From Rebecca billardiae RCC1528 (Eukaryota; Protista; Haptophyta), in contig OZ251224.1 in NCBI GenBank assembly GCA_965240325.2, positions 2,046,001-2,110,000 on the forward strand: DNA of 64,000 nucleotides, read 5' to 3'. How positions within the stretch are numbered: position 1 is the first letter of the stretch; each line of letters opens with the position of its first letter. The position numbers and the translations under genes were made by a program. This document shows positions 11,586 through 21,838 of this stretch, in pieces. The notes under the pieces are model-generated. The model was not told where the DNA came from and made no database searches. It saw only the letters and a program-made list of their open reading frames with translations.

Positions 11586-13721
11586 TCAGCGGCGCGCTTT
11601 GACCTTGGCAGCCTGCCTGCCACTTGGATCCGAGTCGTGCTTGCGCGATCGCTTGTCGCCCGAGGCGCGCGCGCCTCCACCGTCGCTGCTGTGGCCGCTG
11701 CGCCGCTCCGCATGTCCAGGTGGCTTGTGCCGCTGCGACTGGGCTCGATTCCGCGCCGCATCGGCGTGGGCCTTGCGCGGGGCATGCGCGCTGTCCGCCC
11801 CGGTCGGCACGCGCCGCCCCCCGTCTGCGCGCGCGAGCAGCTGCTGCGTCAGCGCAGCGCGCAGCTGGTCCCCGCGCACGTCAGCGCCGGGTGCGAGTGC
11901 CGCCCAGGGCGCGCTGGCGTCGCGCGCGCGCTCGGCGGCTCCGGCGGCGGCCATGGTTCCGTCAGCTCCTCGCGCGTCGGCGTCTGCGCCCAACGCGCTC
12001 AGTGGCTTGTGCGCCGGCAGCGTGCCGCAGCGCTCCTGCTCAAGGACGTCGCCGACGGCCGCGAGGGCGGCGTCGTAGTGCGCGGCGGTGGGCATCTCGC
12101 CCAGTCCGAGCGGCGGCAGGGGAGGCCCCCCCGGGAGACCCTCGCCCGTGTCGTCCAGCTCCGCCGGCTCGCGCGCGCCCGCGTCGTCCGGTGCGTCGGC
12201 GTCCGGCGCCGGCGGCGGCATGGGCTCTGCCTCGAGGTGCACTTGCCGCGCCGTGCGCTCCGCGCCGCGCAGCATCTTCTCAAAGTGCGCCCTCTGGTCG
12301 GCGGAGACGAGGGTGAGGCACGTCCCCGCACGGCCGGCGCGCGCGGTGCGGCCCGCGCGGTGCACGTACGTGCGCAGCCGCGCGGGCACGTCGTAGTTGA
12401 TCACGTGGCGCACGTGCTCGATGTCCAGCCCGCGCGCCATCGCGTCCGACGCCACGAGCAGCCGCACGCCGCCCGCGCTGAAGCCGGCGAGGGTGCGCTC
12501 GCGCTCGGCATGCGGGAGTGTACTCGAGTACTCGCGCGCGTCGCGGCCGAGCAGCTGCAGCAGCCGCGTGAGCCGGTGCGCGCTGTCCACCGAGCGGGTG
12601 AAGCACAGGACCACCTCGCCGCCGGTCCCCTCCGCCGGCCGCCTCGTCTCCGCCTCGGGTGCCGCCGCCTCCGCCCCCACCTCCGCTGCGGCCGAGAGCG
12701 CCGCTGCCCCCAGCAGCCCGTCCAGCAGCTGCAGCAGCGCGAGCGGCTTGTGCTCGCGCGCGCACACGGCAAACTCCTCGGCCAGCGTGCCCGGCATGGC
12801 GAAGTGCGCGCTGCCCACGCGCAGGAAGACGGGCCTGAGGAGGCGCAGCGCCGACGCCGTCTGCGGGTCGCTCGTCAGCGTGGCGGAGAAGAGCAGCTTG
12901 CGCAGGGGCGGCGCGCTCTGCGCCGCGCCCAGCGCACGCCACGCGCCCTCGCCCTGCACGTCGACGCGCGAGCTGATCGGCGCGTCGCCTGGCTCGGGCG
13001 TGCGCGCGGGCGTGAGGTTCGCCGCCTCGTACACCAGCGGGAGCCACTGGTCGTACGCCTGCGCCATCAGCCGGTCGGCCTCGTCGATCACCAGCCAGCG
13101 CACGTGCTGCAGCGTGAAGCCGGCGCGCGCGCGCACGTGGTCGACCAGCCGTCCGGGCGTGGTCACGAGGATGTCGACGGCGCTCACGCCGCCGAGGGCG
13201 GACGAGGTCGATGAGGACAGCTCATCCCCGCCCGCGCCGAGCAGCTGCGCGCGCTCGAGCGCGAAGGAGACGTCGCCAAGCGCCGTGCCGACCCGCAGGC
13301 CAGTCCGGTCGCATAGCGAGCGCACCACGCGTGCGACCTGCAGCGCGAGCGAGCGCGTGGGGAGGACGATCACGGCGGAAAGGCGTGGCACGACACGACC
13401 GACCAGCGCGTGCACCACCGGCACAGTGTACGCCAGCGTCTTGCCGCTGCCAGTCGGCGCGCTCACGCACAGGTCGCCCACGTGCTCGCTCGCCTCCGCA
13501 CGCAGGAGCCACGGGACGGCTGCGGCCTGGACGGCGAAGAGCTGGTCGTAGCCGAGCTCTTGGAGCGCGCCGACCACGCGCGGGTGCAGGCCGACGCTGC
13601 CGACAGGCACGCGCACATCGTCAGGCACGTCATGGAAGGGAAGCGGCGCGTCGTCGCTGTCATCCATGTCCGCCGTTCCGCCACGATCCACAAGCGTGAA
13701 TGAAGCCTTGGAAGGCGCCAT
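11586..13721 (-). CDS. DDX51: DEAD-box RNA helicase DDX51/Dbp6
   Basis: FAVQ Q-motif, DLCVSAPTGSGKTLAY, LPTRSLA, TPGRLVDH, DEADRL, LFSATL, SDAMARGLD, YVHRAGRTARAG. Start is 13721 or 13667. Confidence 0.88.
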   Translation of the reverse strand: MAPSKASFTLVDRGGTADMDDSDDAPLPFHDVPDDVRVPVGSVGLHPRVVGALQELGYDQLFAVQAAAVPWLLRAEASEHVGDLCVSAPTGSGKTLAYTVPVVHALVGRVVPRLSAVIVLPTRSLALQVARVVRSLCDRTGLRVGTALGDVSFALERAQLLGAGGDELSSSTSSALGGVSAVDILVTTPGRLVDHVRARAGFTLQHVRWLVIDEADRLMAQAYDQWLPLVYEAANLTPARTPEPGDAPISSRVDVQGEGAWRALGAAQSAPPLRKLLFSATLTSDPQTASALRLLRPVFLRVGSAHFAMPGTLAEEFAVCAREHKPLALLQLLDGLLGAAALSAAAEVGAEAAAPEAETRRPAEGTGGEVVLCFTRSVDSAHRLTRLLQLLGRDAREYSSTLPHAERERTLAGFSAGGVRLLVASDAMARGLDIEHVRHVINYDVPARLRTYVHRAGRTARAGRAGTCLTLVSADQRAHFEKMLRGAERTARQVHLEAEPMPPPAPDADAPDDAGAREPAELDDTGEGLPGGPPLPPLGLGEMPTAAHYDAALAAVGDVLEQERCGTLPAHKPLSALGADADARGADGTMAAAGAAERARDASAPWAALAPGADVRGDQLRAALTQQLLARADGGRRVPTGADSAHAPRKAHADAARNRAQSQRHKPPGHAERRSGHSSDGGGARASGDKRSRKHDSDPSGRQAAKVKARR

Positions 13722-13791
13722 TCTCATTCGTCGAATCGTCGTCGTGGCATTTGATCAGCAGCATGGTCGCGACGCCGGCACAGCAGTGGTG

Positions 13792-15982
13792 ATGACCGAC
13801 GAGGACGGCTCTGCGAGGGCGAGCGGCGGCACTGGCACTCCCGCCGCCGATGACCCCGCGTCCGTTGGGCAACCCGCCGCAGCTGCGCCTGCCGCCATAA
13901 AGACGCACACGCAAGTCCTCGCATCGGCGCCAGCCGATGCCCCGACAGCCGCACCTGCCGAGCAGCCCCCCGCGCAGGAGGAGGTGGCGGCCCCGACCCT
14001 GGACGAGCCAGACGTGCGTGACAGTGCCACCCAGCTCGCGGCTCCCGCGGAAGCGCACATGCCCGCGCCAGAGGCTGCCCTGTCGCCCGCAGAGACCGCG
14101 CCACGGGCCGAGCCCAAGGCCGAGCCAGCCGCTGACGTTTCGCCGAAGGAGGAGGAGGCGGCGGAGGACGGAAGCATGGAGGACGAGGAGGATGAGGACG
14201 ACGACGAGGAGGAGGAGGAGGAGGAGGAGGAGGACACGAAGAGCGGGGCAGCAGGCCCCGCTCAGACGAGCCGCGAGGCGCGCAAGGCTGAGCTGGCCTT
14301 TGCGCGCACGGCACGCGAGCAAGAGCAGCAGGTGGGCGCATGTGCCGCGCGCTCGAGGCGTGCGTGCGCGCCCATGCCTGCGCGCCGACGTCGAGCGCGC
14401 GCGCGCCTCACCCGCGCGTCTGTCCGTGCGCAGCTCAAGCGGCGCATCCGACGCATCCTCAAGGTGGACAAGCCGCGCTCGGAGGCAGACGAGGCGCTGC
14501 TCAGAGCGCACGCGGAGCTGGCGCGCGCCGAGCAGTGCGCGATCGAGCGCTCGACCGCCAAGCGCGACCGCGACGAGGCGCGCACGGCGGAGGTGGAGGA
14601 CTCGGCGGAGGAGCTGCGCGAGAAGGTGTCCGAGCTGGCGCGCTGGCTCAAGCACGCGAAGCACGCGGTGGTGTACACGGGCGCCGGCATGTCCACCGCC
14701 GCGCAGATCCCGGACTACCGCGGGCCTGAGGTACGCGGCGCGCACACGCGCTCCCTCGGCGCGCGGACGCGGATGGGCGGGAAGGCAGGGCTCGGGGGGC
14801 TCTGGGCCGTGGCGAGCCGTGGGCCGCCGGGCTGGCGGGCGCCGCGGCGCCGCCGCGCACCGTAGGCTGCCTGCGCCACCGCCCTGGGCTGCACGCGCCA
14901 TCCGCCAGCCGCGGAGTGCGGCGCTCGCGCGCGCCCAGGAGACTAACACGTGCACCCGGCATGCGGCGTGTATGCGCGCGCGGCCGTGCGCGCAGGGCGT
15001 GTGGACGCTGCGGAAGAAGGGCGTGCAGGCCACCATGCCCATCGCGTGGGAGGAGACGCGGCCGACGGGCGCGCACATGGCGCTGCGCACGCTCGTGCGC
15101 CGCGGCCGCGTGCGGCACGTCGTCTCCCAGAACGTGGACGGGCTGCACCTGCGCTCAGGCGTGGCGCCCGCGCAGCTCTCGGAGCTGCACGGCAACATCT
15201 ACCGGGAGGTGTGCACGGCGTGCGGCAAGCGGTACCTCCGCGCGCAGCACGTCACCGAGCGCTCCTCCTTCCACCACCACAAGACCGGCCGGAGCTGCGC
15301 GCTCAAGAAGTGCGCCGGCGCCGAGCTGCGCGACACGATCGTCTACTTTGGCGAGCGGCTGGACGACGCTGACCTCGAGAAGGCGCGCGAGGTCTCGAGG
15401 AAGGCGGACCTGGCGATCTTCCTGGGCAGCTCGCTCAAGGTGCTGCAGCACTACAAGTTCATCTGGGAGCGCTCGGGCGCGCACGGCGAGAAGCGCTTCG
15501 TCATCGTCAACCTGCAGTGGACGCCCAAGGACCGCGCGGCGCAGCTCAAGATCAACGGCCGGTGCGACGTCGTGCTCCAGCAGCTGCTCGGCGCGCTCAA
15601 CCTCAAGTGCGACGCATACTCGGAGCGCGCGGACCCGATCGCCGCGCTCGCGCCCAAGGGGGCGGCCGTGCCCGCCCCACACGCCGCTGCCGCTGCGCCC
15701 TCGCGAGCGCGCGCCCCGCCGAAGAGCCGCGCCTTCCCGAGCGTCGTGCGCGCCGCGGAGCCGCCGCGAGTTCCGGAGGCCGGTGGCGCGGCCGAGGACG
15801 CGCAGGCCGCCTCCGCCGCGGGCGACGCGTGCGGGCCGCTCACGCCGGCGTGCGACGCTGCTGCCGCACCCGCGGGCGTGGACGGTGTCTCCGCACACCA
15901 CGACGAGGCGGCAGCCAGTCTGGGCGAGGAGCAGCCGTCCGCGACGCGCAGCTCCAAGCGGCGCCGCACTGGGAGGAGGTAA
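13792..15982 (+). CDS. SIRT7: Class IV sirtuin, SIRT7-like; exons 13792-14331, 14434-14730, 14996-15982
   Basis: Splicing joins GAGMSTAAQIPDYRGPE|GVWT. Also SQNVDGLHLRSG, ELHGN, HKTGRSC, LGSSLKVL, IVNLQWTPKD. GT-AG introns, with branch point GACTAAC at 14941. Confidence 0.88.
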
Positions 15983-16607
15983 CTAGTCGTAGCAACGAGC
16001 GACAGCCGCGCCGGTGACTGTCGTCTCCTTGTGCCTCGCCTCCTTTATTGTGCCACGCCTGCTCTTCCGTCATCAGCCTTTATCTAGCGGCAGTGATATA
16101 GTATGTGGCAGGCCGGGTGAGCGTGGCGTTACGGTTAGGACCGTCAGTCTGTCAGACCGTGTCCGTGAGACGGTAAGACTACGTCTGTCTGGTTACGGCG
16201 CGCTGCGACGGCGTTCCGATATTGTTATTCTGAAAGCGCCAGCGGCGTACATGCGAAGTCTTCCGCCGAAGTGCGACTGACACTGCTAAGACAATAGACA
16301 TCGTACAGTAAGCCCGCCCGCCCGCGCAGCAAGTATAAACAAGGCGGGCCCGGCGGAACCTGGACCCGGGGCAGTCGTCTTTGATGGGCGCCCCCGGCCC
16401 CGAGTGATGGCACTCTCGAGACCGCGGCGCCTGGGCACCGTGGCAGTGGCCCATCATCGAGAAATATTCGAGTGGCAGCACGGAGGTCTGCCACGCTGTC
16501 AGACAGCAGTCCCGGTGTCGTGTCGTCGTCAGCAACAGACAGCTTCAGCAGGCGGAAGTTACTGCCCGGAAGTCATCGCTCGGCGTCAGCATGCCAGCGA
16601 TCTGATA

Positions 16608-18209
16608 TGACCGCGTTCCGCGGTCCTTTTCCGTAGAACGAACGTAGTTCAGGGCCCGCGGTGGCGGTGCACCCTCCGTCGCAGTCGTCTATTGACAGAC
16701 CAGTTGCATATGCCCGTACAACTAGACTCCAGCGGCGCGCCGCCGCCCGCCGCGCCGGGCGGGCCCATTGCAGCCGCCGGCGCGGCGCCGATTGTGTACA
16801 GGCGGATGCGACGAGGCGTGATCGACGCATGAGCGCGACTCCACGTGCACACCAGGCCACGCGGAGCTGACAGCCAGGGAGCACGGTGCGGGGCCGCGGA
16901 TTCGTTCGGGCCGCTGCTGCTGACCGCTGTCCCCGGGGTCACCCCCCGCGCCGGCAGCGCCCGGGATGATGCACTGGTCCGAGTAGGGTTCGACCAGCGC
17001 CTGCGCGACGGCCGACAGGCGGGCGCGAGGCGTGATCGACGCATGAGCGCAACTCTACGTGCACGCCAGGCCACGCGGAGCTGACAGCCCGATGGAGCAC
17101 GGTGCCGAGGTGCGAGGGCACCGGTGATCCGGTTCGCGCACTCGCCGCGCGTGCACGGGCAGCTGACACACCTCGATCAGGCTCGGCACGCGTTGCAGAG
17201 GCACGGCCAGCTCTGGGGACGTCACGCACCACCGTCGCCCGCGCAGCTCGTCCTCCTCGTAGAGTACCGTTCAGTTCCGAGGCGTAGCCCTCGCTCAGAG
17301 TCGACCGACGATGGACTCGGATCGTCGGCGCGCCTGCTCTCTCTCAATCAAGAAGAGTTCTGGGAGACCCCGGAAAGGCATGGCAAGGGCGGCGCGTGGT
17401 GAAGTCGAAGGCTCAGAGATCGATCAGTCCGGCATCAGGCGCCGCTGCCCCCGAGCTTGCGAGAGCCCGAACACAGGGCGGCGGCTGCGGCGCCGGCTCG
17501 CGGACGCGCCGGGGCCGCGCAAGGCCGCGCCGAGGCATCGACAGGGCGGCAGGGGCGGCGGGGGCGCGCGGAGTGAGCGGGGGCACGACGAACGCGATGT
17601 CGACGGCAGTCGGGACCCGCCGCAGCCGCGCGCTCCAGGCGCCATTCGCCGCGCGCACCTGCCCATCGCCGTCCTCACCCGTCGGTCGCTCGTGAGCCTC
17701 GTGCCCGTGGCTCGCCTCCAAACGCAGGCCGCCTCTGGTGGGCCGCCGCCCGGGGCCGCGCGCGGCCGCGCGCGCCCAACCAAGTCCGTTCGCGTCAGAT
17801 AGTATTGAGATATACGCCGAGCTTGGGCCCTCTGCTACTGACCCTTGCCTTGTCGGCTCCTGATACAGATAGGGCGCGATTGAATAGTTGATCAACTGAT
17901 TCAATGGACGTACATTGTCACATCGGTTCGCGGCAATCTCACTATCAAACTAAATCGCTCGTAACGAACCGTTACGTTAATGTCACGGCCGCTCACGTCC
18001 CGTCCATCGATTGAATAGGGGAATGTCGTGGACGCGGTTATTTCTCCGTAATGCATGTGTAGAGAGGGTCTCAAAAATCGAAACTCGGTCACCGCCAGCC
18101 CTAAAAATCGCCCCCGTCCCTTTTTTCTTGATCAAAGATCTTTTTGAAACGTGGTTAGGGCCCACGGAGCGGGCTCCACGCTGCGCGTTCCGCCCTGCAC
18201 CGCGGGCCA
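16608..18209 (-). mobile_element. Asymmetric-end non-autonomous element, copy A (~1.6 kb)
   Basis: On the minus strand it begins tcA|TGGCCCGCGGTGCAGGGCGG and ends CACCGCGGGCC...AAAAGGACCGCGGAACGCGGTCA|T. Its 3' ~1.1 kb is homologous to copy E; its 5' module is homologous to copies C and D. Confidence 0.88.
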
Positions 18210-18236
18210 TGATACTAAGCTATGATGTGTCACGTA

Positions 18237-18390
<154 letters not shown>

Positions 18391-18464
18391 AGAGTTGACC
18401 GATCGTCATCACTATTCACTGGCCACTCATCACTGTGAGTGTCCCGGTAACTGGCTGAGAGTGA

Positions 18465-20323
18465 TGGCCCGCGGTGTAGGGCGGAGCGCGTAGCGTGGAG
18501 CCCCGCCGGGGGCCCTCACTACGTTCAACGTTGTCAAAAAGATCTTTTGATCAAAGAAAAGGGGACGGGGGACGATTTTGAGGGCGGCTGTCGGAGGGTG
18601 AGTTTTCGCTTTTTTGAGGGGTACCTTGGCCCATTGCTCTGCATTAGCCCGAGACGCATTGACGAAATAGCCGCGCCCACTCCAATTCCGTATCTACGGA
18701 CGGACGTGAGTAATACGCAACCGCTGGACGTGCCTTTGTCAGTATATCTGGGTAGTGAACGAATATCTAGCTGCGATTTGTTGTAAATATTCATACGGAA
18801 CAAAACTTGGTCGCCAGCCCGGGACCAACCGGACCCAGGGCCGGACGTGTTTTTAAAAGTGCATGTGCACGGGGGTCCTACAGTAGCAGGGTATTCTACC
18901 AAGGGGGTTCCCGTTCAATCTTCCGACGATACGGTTGAACGTGCATGGTCGTAAATGGACATGGTTCCCGCGGAAGCCACTAGCTACAGTAGAGGGCGCA
19001 CTGCAGATGAAAAGATGATCACTCCGTACCCCCGTAAGGGCGCACTGCAGATGAAAAGATGATCACTCCGTACCCCCATAGTAGGGTATTCGTGATACGA
19101 ATACAGCACGCAGACGAAATTGCACTTGGGGCAAGGCCCTTGACGACTCGCGCCGGTGACGCCGGCGCGACCGCGACGCGTGGAACTGCGGAGCCCTTGA
19201 CTCGGACCGCCGGGACCGCGTGCGTGCGCGTGCCGCCGCAGTACGCCGCGGTGCGCGAGGTGGTGGCGGGGGCCGGCCGGCCGCTGCCTCTCGCCCTCGC
19301 ACTCTGCTCTCCCCGAGCGCGCCTGTCGCCTCGCAGGCCCCGCGTCTACTCCGTCTCGCCCGGCCCTCGCACTCCGCTCTCACCGAGCGCGCCCACCGGT
19401 CCGTGTCGTCTCGCCGGGCCGCGTGGCCGAGTCACGCCGAGTCGGCGCGCGCCCAACAACCTACCCGCAGGCGCGTTCGTCGCTCGAGGAGGAGCGAAGG
19501 GCGAGCCGAGTCCGGAGCACTACGCGAGCTCGTCGCTTGAGGAATGAGGACGGGAGCGTGCCGCGACGGCACGCCGCAGCGGAGATGAGCCGGAGTGCCG
19601 CCCGGAGCTAGTAGTGCGGCTGAAGGGCGAGCTCGAGCTCGCGAGCTCGCTCCTCGACGCCGAGCGCGAGCTCCTCCTCAACTCGGTCGTCGACCGCGCC
19701 GGAGGTGCAGCAGCAGCAACTCGGCGAGCACGCACGGCCACGGGCTGCCGATTTGTCACGGCCTGCCGCGCTGGCCGCCGCCGCTGCGTGCCTGCGTGGC
19801 TTCGAGGCCGACGCCGGCGGACGAGGAGGCGGCGGGCGAGCACGGCGCGGCGCGGTGGAGCAGGCGCGCACGCGCGGCGGCAGGCGCGACGCGCCGCTCG
19901 CCTCGTTCCACTCCGAGCTCCGCTCGGTCTCGCCTCTGGCGATCGGTGCGCGGCTGCGCAGCGCACCGGGGCCGCGGGGCCAGCAGTGCCCGCTGGCCGA
20001 GTGGCGCGCGCTCTCGCTCTGCCCGGGCACGAAGCGCGCCGGCTGAGCGACCAGCGGCCCGTCGTCGAGCGCATGGCGCAGCGCGAGCACCTCAAGCAGG
20101 TGCGCCCGCACGCCCGCCCGCGCCGGCCCGCGCCGCGCGGCGCCTCTCGCCCTGCGCGCGCGCGCCGCCCCGGCGGCCGCGCTTCCCGCCGCGCGGCCCG
20201 CGGCGACAGTCCTCGGCCCGCCATGTTAGTCAGAGTGTCAGACTGATCGACAGCAGCCGACGGAGGTTGCACCGCGGGCCCCTAACTACGTTGGTTCTAC
20301 GGAAGGACCGCGGAACGCGGTCC
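18465..20323 (+). mobile_element. Asymmetric-end non-autonomous element, copy B (~1.86 kb, unique interior)
   Basis: 5' tgA|TGGCCCGCGGTGTAGGGCGGAGCGCG...CAAAAAGATCTTTTGATC. 3' TGCACCGCGGGCCC...GGACCGCGGAACGCGGTC. Internal ~40-bp tandem duplication at ~18992-19077. Confidence 0.85.
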
Positions 20324-20419
20324 TATCCATGACGATCATGCAGACGAATTACACTATATATATGGATGAGGCGTTCGGCGGCCGTTCGGCAGTCAGGGGG
20401 CGCCGGGGCCGGCATTTAA

Positions 20420-21838
20420 TTATTGAGCGCCGGGCGCAGCTGCGGCATCGGAGGATTCCCCGGCTGCAGCCTGTGCTGCGCACCACGCGTTGCAGTGGGG
20501 CTTGTGCACCTTCCACGAGCTGCGCAGGTGCGCGCGGCAGCAGAAGACGGCCACGTGGCACCGCTCGCACTTCTTCAGACCACGACCTGTCCGTCCGCAC
20601 GTGATGCAGCATTGGGAGGCCACCTCACGCACGCCAGCTGCCCGGGCTAGCTCATCGAGCGCTGAATCTCTGAGGTCGGGATCGAGCTCGAAAGCACGGC
20701 GCAGCAGCCGCGCGCCCTCCTCCACGTCTTGCTCCACTCCGTGCTCCACGTCGGTACCCAGCATCGTAGTCGTTCCCAGCGCGGCGTGTGCACGTGCGTT
20801 CCCGCCATCAACAGCCAAGCGGATCCACCGCACTGCCTCGTCCAAATCCTCCTGCACACCCTTGCCATGCGCGCAGCACAGGCCCAGCTCGTTTTGCGCG
20901 GCTGCGTCGCCCTGCTCGGCCGCCAGCCGGTACCAGCGCACCGCCTCGCCCTCGTCCTGCGGCACGCCCTCGCCCTTCGCGCAGCACCAGCCCAGGCTGA
21001 ACTGCGCAGCTGCGTAGCCCTGTTCGGCCGCCAGCCGGTACCAGCGAACTGCCTCGCGCCAATCCCGCCGCACACCCACGCCTCTCGCATAGCACGCGCC
21101 TAAATTGTACTGCGCCTCAGCATCTCCCTGCTCAGCCTTCAACCGATATTGCCAGCGCGCCGCCGCGCCCCCGTCCTGCTGCACACCCTCGCCGTGCGCG
21201 TAGCACCAGCTCAGACTGTGCTGTGCTTGAGCAAAGCCCTGCTCAGCGGCCAGCCGGAACAAGCGCGCCGCCTCGCACCAGTCCTGCTGCACACCAGTCC
21301 CTTGCGCGTAGCACGCCCCCAGATGGCTCTGCGCCTGAGCGAAGCCCTGCTCGGCCGCCCGCCTGTACCAGCGCACTTGCTCGCTCGAATCCTGCTGCAC
21401 ACCCTCGCCTTGCGCGTAGCACGCGCCTAGATTGCACTGCGCCTCAGCATGGCCCTGCTCAGCCGCCAGCCGGTACCAGCGCGCCGCCTCGCCCCAGTTC
21501 TGCTGCACACCCCCGCCTTGCGCGTAGCAGCAGGCCAGATGGCACTGCGCTTGCGCACAGCCCTGCTCGGCCCCCAGCCGGTACCACCGCGCGGCTGCCT
21601 CGAGGTCCACGGGCTGAGCAAGCGCGCCTGCCACGCAGATGTCGCCCATTCTCGCCTGCGCATCGACAAAGCCGCGCTCAGCGGCGATGGTGTACAGGCG
21701 AAAGGCTTCGCGCTCGTTCTGCGCGACGCCGTCGCCAGCCTCCATCCGCCGCGCCAGAAGGAACGTCGCACGCACGTCGCCGCGCCCCGACTTGCGCCAG
21801 AGGAGCCTCACCACCACGGAAGCGTCGTCAGCTGCCAT
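20420..21838 (-). CDS. Sel1-like repeat protein with C-terminal MYND zinc finger
   Basis: About 9 SLRs (AARWYRLAAEQGHAEAQCNLGACYAQGEGV). C-terminal CITCGR...KKCERCHVAVFCCRAHLRSSWKVHKPHC. ATG MAADDAS at 21838. Confidence 0.9.
   Translation of the reverse strand: MAADDASVVVRLLWRKSGRGDVRATFLLARRMEAGDGVAQNEREAFRLYTIAAERGFVDAQARMGDICVAGALAQPVDLEAAARWYRLGAEQGCAQAQCHLACCYAQGGGVQQNWGEAARWYRLAAEQGHAEAQCNLGACYAQGEGVQQDSSEQVRWYRRAAEQGFAQAQSHLGACYAQGTGVQQDWCEAARLFRLAAEQGFAQAQHSLSWCYAHGEGVQQDGGAAARWQYRLKAEQGDAEAQYNLGACYARGVGVRRDWREAVRWYRLAAEQGYAAAQFSLGWCCAKGEGVPQDEGEAVRWYRLAAEQGDAAAQNELGLCCAHGKGVQEDLDEAVRWIRLAVDGGNARAHAALGTTTMLGTDVEHGVEQDVEEGARLLRRAFELDPDLRDSALDELARAAGVREVASQCCITCGRTGRGLKKCERCHVAVFCCRAHLRSSWKVHKPHCNAWCAAQAAAGESSDAAAAPGAQ

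Noticed and set aside
18992-19077. ~40-bp direct repeat pair (also pairs at ~53055-53102 and ~39144-39297) as a possible CRISPR-like array
   Set aside because: Only two adjacent units each, no unique spacers, no cas genes, eukaryotic context. These are simple tandem duplications.
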